Position numbers and translations under genes: made by a program | The notes under the pieces: model-generated | The model's database searches: none | Seen by the model: the letters and a program-made list of their open reading frames with translations, nothing else | What the model was told of the DNA's origin: nothing | Part shown: piece by piece, positions 40,456-49,004 of the stretch | Layout: each line of letters begins with the position of its first letter | Position numbering within the stretch: position 1 is the stretch's first letter | From: an uncultured Lentimicrobiaceae bacterium | Lineage (GTDB): Bacteria > Bacteroidota > Bacteroidia > Bacteroidales > UBA4417 | Length of the DNA: 64,000 bases | Direction: 5' to 3' | Assembly (NCBI GenBank): GCA_964420555.1 | Contig: CAYQTT010000014.1 | Location: 23,686 to 87,685 of the forward strand

Positions 40456-40694
40456 CCAAATTATAAGCAGGGTAGGCAGGGTAGGCACTTTGGGGCAAAA
40501 GATTTTCGAATTTTACAAAAAAGCTTCTGAATCGCTAGAGGGACGGACAAAAGCGAAGAAAAAAATAAGATTTTTTTTTGTAGACTATTATTAACATCTG
40601 TATCGCCTGAAGCTGTAGGATTGTAGAAGGAATTTTCAAAAAAGTTATTTTTTTAGTGAGAATTTGCCTACCCTGCCTACCCTCTACCTCACTT
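40456..40694. repeat. Origin-like element copy 2, immediately downstream of the virE-like gene
   Basis: AGGGTAGGCAGGGTAGGCA (40469-40487) and its perfect inverse at 40665-40683; alignable with copy 1 over its whole length. Confidence 0.85.
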
Positions 40695-40709
40695 CTTTCC
40701 ATTCTAGTG

Positions 40710-42959
40710 TTAAGAAAGTGAGTCGTTGAATGGCAAATCTACCTGTATTTCAATAGGTTGGGCTGGTGAATTAGCTTCAGTTTTAGAGGCATTTCCCGAA
40801 AATTCTTCAATCATAGAGCGATTCCTAGATTCGACCTCTTCCCACTGAAGTTCATGGAGAGCATAAAGCAATTTGCCATTAGATTTAAACCGATGATAGT
40901 TGTTTTTGATAAGAGCTTTTCCAAGTTTGTTAACTGAACTATCGGAAACATTAATTTTAGCTTTATCAGCCAGTTTTGCCAGAATTTGTGATGCTGTCAG
41001 GAATACGTTTGCTTGCTCTTTTGTGCAAGACTCAAACCAGGTCAACAATAATTCTTCTTCAGGGGACCGAAGCTGGTACTGCTCATTGTTCTGGTTAATG
41101 GCTCCAATTTCATCCCGGTTGAACCAAAAGCGGAAACCGGACTTAAAAAGATGTAAAGCCTGGGAGTAAACATCGTTAAGAGATACTTTGTGGTCGTATT
41201 GAATATCAGTAACTTCGAAGGAAAGGAATCGACGGGAACCGGTTGTGTCGTTGAGAAATTGGGCAGTGTTTACACTACCGGCGAAGCTGGCACAACGTGG
41301 AAGTGTTTCGTTGTTATGTCCGTATGCCCGACGGATCCGGATATGAGTTTTAGTGATCAGCTCTTTTAAGCTGCCAATCTCACTTCGGTTCAGGTTTTCA
41401 AGCTCATCGAGATTTATTAACATGCATTCGGAAAGATGGATCAAGGTATCCTTGTTGTTGGGATTAATGGTTCCTGAGAAAAGGTACTGCTTTAATTCTA
41501 TTGGAATAAGATTTTCCATCCAGGTTGTTTTACCAACACCTTGCTTGCCGGAAAAGACGATTACTGTTTGGTTGATGGTGTGTTCGTCAAGGACACAACC
41601 AACCATTGCAACTAACCATTTTTTGAAGCAGGTGTGCCAGAGTTCCTGATGGGTGGTTGTGATGGTATCGGCAAGAAGGGCAATGTGATCGGTTTGTTCA
41701 TCCCAGAAAGGAAGGCTTTCAAAGTATGTTGTGAAGGGATTAAAGAGTTCGCAAAAGTCAGAATACAATAAATTCCGTAATCCGGACATATTGGTTTTGA
41801 CTTTGTTTTTAAGCAGTTCACGAAGCATTGAGTTTTCGATATAGTCGTTCACCTGGTGCCAGACTTTTTTAGTTATGAAACGATATTCAAGACGGCCAGT
41901 TATGGTATTGTTGCGGAAACGGTATTTGAGGAGAAGGAAGTTTTCTACTCGGTCGATGGCGGGGATACGTTTTTTAGGTGCTTCGTCTTCGGTATTTTCC
42001 TCTGTGGCAGCTGGAATAACCTCACCTCCCGGCCTCCTCTCCTGGAGGAGAGGAGATGACTCTGCTTCACTTTTTATGCCATGTTCAGATCTATTTTTAT
42101 AGGCACTATTTACAGCCGCCATAACTTCTTTCTCATCGAAGTTATAATCGGCCAGGATAAAGCCAAGAGCTGCAGCGAACTGCACTCCACTTCTATTCAG
42201 ATTGCAAGCCAGCTGATGAACAAAGTTATTGCGGCTGCCTGTGGTGAAAGATTCATTGTGTTCAGTGAGTTTGATGGAGTCGTGGTATATTTTCAGGTAA
42301 TCTTGCTGTGGAATTACTGTAGGCTTGACTTCACCATCTGGCTCTATTTTCCCGTCAAGCGGGGACTGGTTCTGAGTGTTAGGGCGTGAATCTTCGTTTG
42401 AACTCTTACTTGAAAGAGTATTTGTGAAAACTTGTGCATTAGGATTATGGTAAAGATCCGGATCAACGGACATGAAACAGAGCCGGGTGTAATCCTTACC
42501 AGATTTGTCGATAGGCAAACCGGTGAGTGATTCGTAGTAAGACTGAACAAGCAAAAAAGTATTCTTGTGCGTTGATGGTGTAGCCTGTGTTTGAACAAAA
42601 ACCTTGAGGCCGTTTCCTGAAGGGCTGATGAAAACTGCCATGGTAAATTGATCGTCCATGACCGATTCACGGCATTTTTTCAATTGTTCCGGACTGAGTT
42701 TGTCGAAGTCCAGTACAATGATGCCGGAATACTTTTTAAGAGTTTCCTGGTTGCGGCCACCTTCGAATTGACCGGAAGGTGTGAAAGCCAGTAATCCCTT
42801 CTTGGCTTTCTCGTACGATTCAAGCTTTTGCTCCTGCAGACACTTCCGGATATAAGTGACTGGTCCGCGGTACTTGCCGCTTTTGATATCAGTGAGTATA
42901 TCGACGAAGGGCTTATTCTCGGTTATGTTGGTAAAGTTTTGGAATATGGAGAGGTTCAT
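40710..42959 (-). CDS. VirE-family primase-helicase (BT4734-like N-terminus, SF3-like P-loop domain)
   Basis: FTPSGQF, SGIIVLDFD, FISPSGNGLK (primase-polymerase-like); GKQGVGKTT, INLDEL, DTTGSRRF. Confidence 0.88.
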   Translation of the reverse strand: MNLSIFQNFTNITENKPFVDILTDIKSGKYRGPVTYIRKCLQEQKLESYEKAKKGLLAFTPSGQFEGGRNQETLKKYSGIIVLDFDKLSPEQLKKCRESVMDDQFTMAVFISPSGNGLKVFVQTQATPSTHKNTFLLVQSYYESLTGLPIDKSGKDYTRLCFMSVDPDLYHNPNAQVFTNTLSSKSSNEDSRPNTQNQSPLDGKIEPDGEVKPTVIPQQDYLKIYHDSIKLTEHNESFTTGSRNNFVHQLACNLNRSGVQFAAALGFILADYNFDEKEVMAAVNSAYKNRSEHGIKSEAESSPLLQERRPGGEVIPAATEENTEDEAPKKRIPAIDRVENFLLLKYRFRNNTITGRLEYRFITKKVWHQVNDYIENSMLRELLKNKVKTNMSGLRNLLYSDFCELFNPFTTYFESLPFWDEQTDHIALLADTITTTHQELWHTCFKKWLVAMVGCVLDEHTINQTVIVFSGKQGVGKTTWMENLIPIELKQYLFSGTINPNNKDTLIHLSECMLINLDELENLNRSEIGSLKELITKTHIRIRRAYGHNNETLPRCASFAGSVNTAQFLNDTTGSRRFLSFEVTDIQYDHKVSLNDVYSQALHLFKSGFRFWFNRDEIGAINQNNEQYQLRSPEEELLLTWFESCTKEQANVFLTASQILAKLADKAKINVSDSSVNKLGKALIKNNYHRFKSNGKLLYALHELQWEEVESRNRSMIEEFSGNASKTEANSPAQPIEIQVDLPFNDSLS

Positions 42960-43117
42960 GGAAATCAGGTGTTAGGGATTCGGTGTTAGGAATTAAAATA
43001 CCTGAGAGTAAAAAAAATTGAGGGTTAGAAAAACGGAAACCGCCAGGTAGAAAGTTGGCAGACATTCTACTCCGACGGTCAGGGTCCGTAATCATCTAAA
43101 TAATTTGATTGAATAGC

Positions 43118-43447
43118 TCATCTGGCAGCAGGCTTCTTCGAAATCCTGCTATTCAGACGAATTGTACTTTTACTTGCAAAGGCATTGTTATAATGCTTTT
43201 TGAGAAACATTTCAATATCAGCCTGGGTGTAATAAATCTTGGCTCCTACCTGAGAAAATGAGATTTTACCTTCATCGCGCCAACGTTGTGCAGTGCGGGA
43301 GGCGATTTTCATTGTAGAGATGAAATCATCATTGTCGATAATCAGGTCCCTGATGCTTTTGGATGATGGTTGCAGGCGAAGATTGATTTCTTCAATTTTG
43401 TCCATGAGTTTCTGGTACTGTTCTGGTGTCATGAAAATTGCTTCCAT
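43118..43447 (-). CDS. Excisionase-like helix-turn-helix protein
   Basis: IDNDDF...IASRTAQRWRDEGKISFSQVGAKIYY; probable start at 43447. Confidence 0.85.
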   Translation of the reverse strand: MEAIFMTPEQYQKLMDKIEEINLRLQPSSKSIRDLIIDNDDFISTMKIASRTAQRWRDEGKISFSQVGAKIYYTQADIEMFLKKHYNNAFASKSTIRLNSRISKKPAAR

Positions 43448-43495
43448 AGCTTTTTTTGTTAAAAGATTAGGAAGCAAAAGAAAATAAGAAAAAAA

Positions 43496-43534
43496 AGTCT
43501 GAAGGTCTAAAAATGGTCTAATTAGACCATTTTT
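43496..43534. promoter_or_regulatory. Perfect 26-bp palindrome with GGTCTAA repeats upstream of the xis-virE operon
   Basis: AAAAATGGTCTAA-TTAGACCATTTTT at 43509-43534; extra GGTCTAA at 43504-43510. Confidence 0.65.
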
Positions 43535-43794
43535 GTGGCTAACTCTCTGTATATCAATAATAATATTTATTTATTTGGAGAAATACACCTTAATTGTTCC
43601 GTTCTAGGAACTCACTTTATCCATAACATTTGTGATAATTTAGATAAGTACCTTAACTAATAGAGAAATATCTATGTGTAATATATTTATACTCTGCAAT
43701 TTGAGCAAATACTAAGATAATTTTAATATTAATGTCAAGCATAATGAAACTAAAACAGTCTGAATAGACCTTTTTTGTAACAAATTTATTGACA

Positions 43795-44706
43795 TTACTC
43801 TTTAATATTATTAATTTTATATCGTTTGTGAGATTTTGGCCTTTTATCAGGACGATTAGGATCGAGAATGGTCATGACTGTAGGGCGAGAAATTGGATTT
43901 CCCTCTTTATCGAGGATGTGTTGGCATAGAATATCAGCCAGGTCAGATACTGTTATGGATAGTAATGGGCTCGTACCGACTTTTAGTTCGTTGGTCAGCT
44001 GATATATCATATCCAGAAACGCATTGGTATTAAAGTTAATCTTTCCTTTTGGATTGATTGTAGAAGATTGCTTTTTAGCTGATTTTTTTTCTTTTACCTT
44101 TTGGAGCAGCCCTTCTTCATCAACCAAATTGTTGATTTCAAGTTTACATTGCTTATCGAATTTTTGTTTAAAAGTAGCTACCCATTCAGGAGGATGTTGA
44201 CGATAATTCTTGATCTGAGTCTTTAGATAAAGTATTTTCTCTTCAGCTGTCTCCATCAACTTAATATTATCCATGACATCTTCAAAACAGTAAACCCTAT
44301 CTCCACTATATCCATTTAATGAACTTTTCAGTTTCTGTTCCCTGGCATATTGCATGGCTGTAACCTTGAGCTCGTGGCGCTTTGAAATAATTTCAGAACC
44401 CCATTTAATTTGCCGAAATTTCTGGCCATCATCGTTGAACCAAATCTGATTTAATCTTAAAAGCTTTTCCAGAGAATTTAACCAGGATATTGGACTTTTA
44501 AGGATTTCGCAATGATGGTCTAGAAAATCTACAATTTCAGAAAGACCAATTGTTAAGACCTTTCTGAAAATTGCCAGGCAATATGCATTCGAAGAAATTT
44601 CACCTTCGAGGATAATATCCAAAACTGTAGTGTTAGCCTGATTGGGCTTCACAAAGTTGTACTCCGGAAAGTGAACCGTATTGATGTTGTCGGGATGTAA
44701 GTCCAT
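43795..44706 (-). CDS. Element-core hypothetical protein, possibly an RteC-like regulator
   Basis: 303-aa ORF between integrase and xis; C-terminal helical region (DLADILCQHI...ISRPTVMTILDP) could be an HTH. Confidence 0.5.
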   Translation of the reverse strand: MDLHPDNINTVHFPEYNFVKPNQANTTVLDIILEGEISSNAYCLAIFRKVLTIGLSEIVDFLDHHCEILKSPISWLNSLEKLLRLNQIWFNDDGQKFRQIKWGSEIISKRHELKVTAMQYAREQKLKSSLNGYSGDRVYCFEDVMDNIKLMETAEEKILYLKTQIKNYRQHPPEWVATFKQKFDKQCKLEINNLVDEEGLLQKVKEKKSAKKQSSTINPKGKINFNTNAFLDMIYQLTNELKVGTSPLLSITVSDLADILCQHILDKEGNPISRPTVMTILDPNRPDKRPKSHKRYKINNIKE

Positions 44707-44990
44707 AGCGCGTTAACAATAGCGTGTTAAAACTTTGTAGGGTAAAGGATGTATTAAGCATTAAATAGGATCATTATAGATTAGAGTTTTTCAAATATTA
44801 ATATAAAATGAAAAACACGCTTGAACAACTCGTTGACCAGAAAAATATAACATTGTGAAAGTAAAAAGAAGTATTGCCAAGACTAAAAATGACATTAAAA
44901 GAATGATATTAACGCCAACCAGATCTAAAAAATTGTTAAATTGTGTTAATATATTTGAAGCATTTTGCAGGATAAGAATTTAGGAGAATT

Positions 44991-46259
44991 TTAAGTGACA
45001 AGAGTTGTATTAGGGATTTCTTCCGAAGCTTGGGTTTTGTCATCCGTTTTCTTAATATTGAATACCTGCATCGCTTTATTGAGCTCTTCATTTATGATCT
45101 TGGCATAAATCTGAGTTTCAGAAATATCGGCATGGCCGAGAATTTTTGAAACCTTGTCGATGCTGATTCCCTTAGTAAGTGCCCTGGTTGCCCAAGTATG
45201 GCGGCTTATATGGAAACTTACTTTTTTAGTAATTCCGGCATCTGATGCAAGCAACTTCAGATTCTTATTAATATAGGCCGTGGCTGACGAAATCTCATTA
45301 TCCATCACAATGATATCATCACGTTTAAGATCATTACTCAACATCGGAAAGATATAATCTGTTGGCGTTGTTTGATTCGTCTTGTATTTACTAATTATCT
45401 CAATTGCCTTATCCGGAAGTAGGAATGAAAGCTGGGCTTTTGTTTTCTGGACTGAAACATGGATGTTTTCCCCATCAAAATTAGCCCAGGTTAATTTTAA
45501 CACATCAGATACCCTGAGGCCACCAGCATAAGAAGCAAAAACAAACATATCCTTGTGCAATTCAAGACGGGTACCAGGCTTAGTTTTGACTTTTTCGAAT
45601 GCTGCCAATTCATCTTCGCTGAGGTACTCCCGATGAGTTTTCTCGGTCTTTAATTTGTACTTATTGAAAGGTATTTCTTTGTGTTCAATCAAATCCATAC
45701 GATAAGCATCATTGAAAAGCTTTCGGATAAACTTCATATCCTTATTGATTGTATTGACTTTATTTTTGAGTTCCACCTGGCAGTCAATTTCATATCTTGT
45801 CAGGAATTCAACATCAATATCCTGGAAGTTCAAGGGCTTTTCTTCTACGAAGTCTTTAATCTTTTTGATTATGGATTTATTCTTGTCATAGGTACCTACC
45901 TGTCCAGCCCGGAGGTATGCTTCGCATGCTTCATCAGCAAACTTGAAAAAGTTTGTTGGTTCAGGTCCATAAATCAAGTTTTTCAGATCTTTAACCGTTA
46001 GCGACTTTATTTTGGTTTCGCCATCTAGAACTCCTGCTTCCAAATCATCCTTCTGCTTATAGATATATTTATTCAGGCGCTGCCAGTTGGGACATCCTTT
46101 CTTAATTAAAGCCTTTTTTGGATCCCAGAACTTGGGATCTACTTTAACATGTGTCGGGATCTTTTTATATTTCCTATCTTTGATGATGCAAAGATTGATT
46201 GGAGCTTCACCTTTTTTATTGATGCGATCCGTTCTTAGAATTACTGTAACCGTTGCCAT
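44991..46259 (-). CDS. Tyrosine recombinase/integrase (Bacteroidota arm-binding type)
   Basis: Catalytic R (GLRVSD), K (VQKT), HxxR (HISRH), H (LGH) and Y (TQIYAK); N-terminal arm-binding domain; probable start at 46259. Confidence 0.95.
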   Translation of the reverse strand: MATVTVILRTDRINKKGEAPINLCIIKDRKYKKIPTHVKVDPKFWDPKKALIKKGCPNWQRLNKYIYKQKDDLEAGVLDGETKIKSLTVKDLKNLIYGPEPTNFFKFADEACEAYLRAGQVGTYDKNKSIIKKIKDFVEEKPLNFQDIDVEFLTRYEIDCQVELKNKVNTINKDMKFIRKLFNDAYRMDLIEHKEIPFNKYKLKTEKTHREYLSEDELAAFEKVKTKPGTRLELHKDMFVFASYAGGLRVSDVLKLTWANFDGENIHVSVQKTKAQLSFLLPDKAIEIISKYKTNQTTPTDYIFPMLSNDLKRDDIIVMDNEISSATAYINKNLKLLASDAGITKKVSFHISRHTWATRALTKGISIDKVSKILGHADISETQIYAKIINEELNKAMQVFNIKKTDDKTQASEEIPNTTLVT

Positions 46260-46308
46260 AGCTATGTTTTTTATTGATTGTATAAAGGTACAAAATAATG
46301 TAATACTG

Positions 46309-46602
46309 GGGAAACATAGTGGGAAACATTTTTGTAAAACTCTGAATTTTTGTGGCTTCAGTTGGCTTAGCCAAAATTCTATGTATTTGATATACAATTA
46401 CATAAAAGACTATAACGGTAAAAGACAGACATAATTGTGATCCTATCGGGGTCACCGGTTCATCAGTTAACCACTTATCAGTTAAATACTTATAAGTGGT
46501 TTTTCTTTTTTACATTCAAATTTACATCTACTTATATAGTATTTTAACGGTATATAACTGCTTTTATTGATTGAACAATGAAAACATGCCAATTGTTTCC
46601 CA
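46309..46602. other. att region: arm-type repeats, symmetric core and hairpin
   Basis: GGGAAACAT at 46309 and 46321; core GTGATC-CTATCGG-GGTCAC at 46437-46455; hairpin AACCACTTAT/ATAAGTGGTT at 46469-46501; inverted TGTTTCCCA at 46594-46602. Confidence 0.6.
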
Positions 46603-46703
46603 AATAATAGTATAATACATTGTATTCCAATACAGGCTGGCAGAAATTGAAGGAATAGTCTTAACAAATAAAAGGAAAGTCATCAGCATAAAAGAATGCG
46701 ACA

Positions 46704-47141
46704 ATGGAACACGACAAAAGTGACAACAAGTCAATTCAAAGTACATTTTCTCAGACTTACTTCCACAGCACAAAAGCTGATCTGAAACTTGGCGACTTTA
46801 TTGAAGTTGGTCTAAACTCAAATTACGGACAAAGAAAAAATGCTAAATATATTTACCTGACAGCAACACTGGATGCCGCTATTTGGGGTGCTGAACTTGC
46901 TTTAGGGAAAGGTGATGAAAGAATTTATTTAGTAGAACCAACAGGAACTATTGAGGACGACCCAAATTTAACAGACAAAAAATTCCCGGGTAATCCAACA
47001 AAATCCTATCGTTCGAAATTTCCCTTTAAAGTTGTTGGAGAAGTTACCATTTGGCAAGGGCACGCACCAGAACTTGTAAAGGCCATGAATGACGGACTTG
47101 AAAAGCTTAGGGAACAAGGGATTGAAGCAATTGAAGACTAA
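46704..47141 (+). CDS. arr: NAD+-rifampin ADP-ribosyltransferase
   Basis: YFHSTKADL, IYLTATLDAAIWGAELA, IYLVEPTG.IEDDPNLTDKKFPGNPTKSYRS. Confidence 0.93.
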   Translation: MEHDKSDNKSIQSTFSQTYFHSTKADLKLGDFIEVGLNSNYGQRKNAKYIYLTATLDAAIWGAELALGKGDERIYLVEPTGTIEDDPNLTDKKFPGNPTKSYRSKFPFKVVGEVTIWQGHAPELVKAMNDGLEKLREQGIEAIED

Positions 47142-47173
47142 TCCAAATGAAAATCAGCTTCGGAAAAGGAAAA

Positions 47174-47288
47174 ACACTAACACGTTGTGAAACATGGTAA
47201 AGTTGGCTGAAAATAAAATCAGACTGATAATAACTAATATAAAAACGATCATTTTGCAGTGTCTGACTTCTTACCAGCAATGTTAAAC
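47174..47288 (+). repeat. Degenerate attC-like site between arr and DUF1801
   Basis: CACTAAC (47175-47181) and GTTAAAC (47282-47288), with inner TGGTAA/TTACCA complementarity. Confidence 0.35.
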
Positions 47289-47307
47289 GAACTTAATCGC
47301 AACAGAA

Positions 47308-47700
47308 ATGAATATAGAAATACAATCATATAATGACAAACAAATCCCCTTAGACAAGAGTATTTGCGATCAACTGGCTAAGATCATTGACAGTGAACTT
47401 ACCACAGCAGAAAGTAAAATGTGGCACGCTCATCCTGTCTGGTTTTTGGACAGGAACCCGATTGTTGGTTACAGCAAACAAAAAGCTGGCATCAGACTTA
47501 TGTTTTGGAGCGGAGCTGACTTTGACGAAGAACTTTTAAATGTTAGAGGAACGAAATTTAAAGATGCTTCTGTCTTTTACAACAATGTTTCGGACATAAA
47601 ATCAGAAGGTTTGGAACGCTGTCTGCAAAAATCAAAGGACATTCAATGGGATTATAAGAACATCGTTAAAAGAAAAGGACAATTAGTAAAGCTAAAATAG
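47308..47700 (+). CDS. DUF1801 (YdhG-like) protein
   Basis: KMWHAHPVWFLD.NPIVGYS...LMFWSG pattern. Confidence 0.82.
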   Translation: MNIEIQSYNDKQIPLDKSICDQLAKIIDSELTTAESKMWHAHPVWFLDRNPIVGYSKQKAGIRLMFWSGADFDEELLNVRGTKFKDASVFYNNVSDIKSEGLERCLQKSKDIQWDYKNIVKRKGQLVKLK

Positions 47701-47701
47701 T

Positions 47702-48064
47702 ATGAAAGAAACTCCTGAACACAATGAACGTATTGCAAAAATGACATTTGCTTTGGTTTATCCACTTTACATCACAAAAATTGAGAGTAAAGGCCGTACT
47801 AAAAAGGAATTGCATCAGGTTATAGAGTGGCTGACAGGTTTTGATGAGAAAAGAATGCAGGAACTAATTGATGAGAAAGTAACTTTTGAAAAATTCTTTG
47901 CGAATGCAACATTAAATCCTAATGCTCAACTGATAACAGGAGTTATTTGTGGCTTTCGGATAGAAGAAATTGAAAATCCTGTAACAAAACAAGTAAGGTA
48001 TTTAGACAAGTTGGTGGATGAACTGGCAAAAGGGAAAAAGATGGAGAAAATTTTACGGAGTTAG
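47702..48064 (+). CDS. DUF2200 family protein
   Basis: VYPLYITKIESKGRTK.EL..VIEWLTG, ITGVICG.RIEEIE, RYLDKLVDELAKG. Confidence 0.88.
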   Translation: MKETPEHNERIAKMTFALVYPLYITKIESKGRTKKELHQVIEWLTGFDEKRMQELIDEKVTFEKFFANATLNPNAQLITGVICGFRIEEIENPVTKQVRYLDKLVDELAKGKKMEKILRS

Positions 48065-48267
48065 CTGACATTGAATATTAAAATAAATTCACCCTAATAG
48101 AAAACTTTAAAGACTTGGAAAAATTGACATCAATAGGCAAAAAAGCGCTTGTCCAACCTTTCCCATTTGCGAAAAAGAGCGTAAACCCCTCACCTATCAT
48201 AGAATTGACAGAGGTACATTACATTAAACCACTTAATCAAACAATAAACCATAAATAAATCTGCAGT

Positions 48268-48660
48268 ATGACAACACAACCAAAGAACCCATTTACCTGG
48301 ATCGAAATTTATGTTGAAGATATGAGCAAGGCTCAAAAATTCTACGAAACCGTTTTACAAATCAACATGGTTCCTATGCAAACACCGGGTGAATCCGGTG
48401 ATTTAGAAATGCTGAGCTTTCCTTGGGCTGAAGGTGAAACCAATATCAGTGGAGCACTTTGCAAATCAAGCGAAATGAAACCTGGTACTGGTGGAACGCT
48501 GGCGTATTTTACCTGTGATGATTGTGCGGCTGAAACTTCGAGAGTTGAGGATGCCGGAGGACAAGTATTACAGCAAAAATTCCAGATTGGCGAGCACGGA
48601 TTCTGCTCTATTGTGATGGATACAGAAGGCAATGCAATTGGCTTACATTCAATGAAATAA
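48268..48660 (+). CDS. VOC/glyoxalase family protein
   Basis: FTWIEIYV.D..KAQKFY and DTEGNAIGLHS motifs. Confidence 0.88.
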   Translation: MTTQPKNPFTWIEIYVEDMSKAQKFYETVLQINMVPMQTPGESGDLEMLSFPWAEGETNISGALCKSSEMKPGTGGTLAYFTCDDCAAETSRVEDAGGQVLQQKFQIGEHGFCSIVMDTEGNAIGLHSMK

Positions 48661-48687
48661 CATCATCAAAAGAAAATAAAATCATAC

Positions 48688-48721
48688 TCACACCAGCACT
48701 TTCCTGAAAGTGCTGGTGTGA
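48688..48721. terminator. Strong hairpin after the VOC gene
   Basis: TCACACCAGCACTTTC-CT-GAAAGTGCTGGTGTGA, 16-bp perfect stem. Confidence 0.65.
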
Positions 48722-49004
48722 TTGTTAAATGAAGCTTTGTACAGCTATAAAGTTTGTGCCTGGGTAAGAAATAAAATATTGATCCCGACCGGGAATGGTG
48801 ATAAATTTTTATAACCTCCACCAAATAAAACTATCTATCTATAGCTTTGCCGTTCTATTTCAATAAAAGTTGCTTTTTACCACAATGAGTTGCTGAAAAA
48901 CAACTATAAGTAGTGGTTTTACAACTATAAGTATTCGTTTATTTTTGATTCCGGGCTTGCATCGAAATACCTTTGCTGCATCAAAAATTTAAAAAACTGT
49001 ACCC

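Larger units (their letters stand above)
25179..46455. mobile_element. Integrative element (integrase, Xis, VirE primase-helicase) with defence cargo; left boundary uncertain
   Basis: Core genes at the right end; att-like core at 46437-46455; partial match TTGTGATCYTAT at 25179-25190; cargo visibly AT-rich. Confidence 0.65.

Noticed and set aside
39166-40694. CRISPR array or IS element explanation for the repeats
   Set aside because: Only two long copies, no regular repeat-spacer period, no cas or transposase gene, and no clear target-site duplication.
42913-43095. Ash/Icd-like small regulatory ORF upstream of virE
   Set aside because: The position is suggestive, but the sequence lacks recognisable motifs and overlaps the virE start out of frame.
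44991-46259. Integron integrase serving the attC-like sites
   Set aside because: It has an N-terminal arm-binding domain and no recognisable IntI-specific insertion, and it sits in an int-xis-primase module.
46385-46458. Complete tRNA gene at the att core
   Set aside because: Only about 17 nt resemble a tRNA 3' end; the upstream sequence cannot form D or anticodon arms.
48779-48797. TTGATCCCGACCGGGAAT as another att core or tRNA fragment
   Set aside because: It does not fit T-arm spacing well, has no arm repeats nearby and is short enough to be chance.
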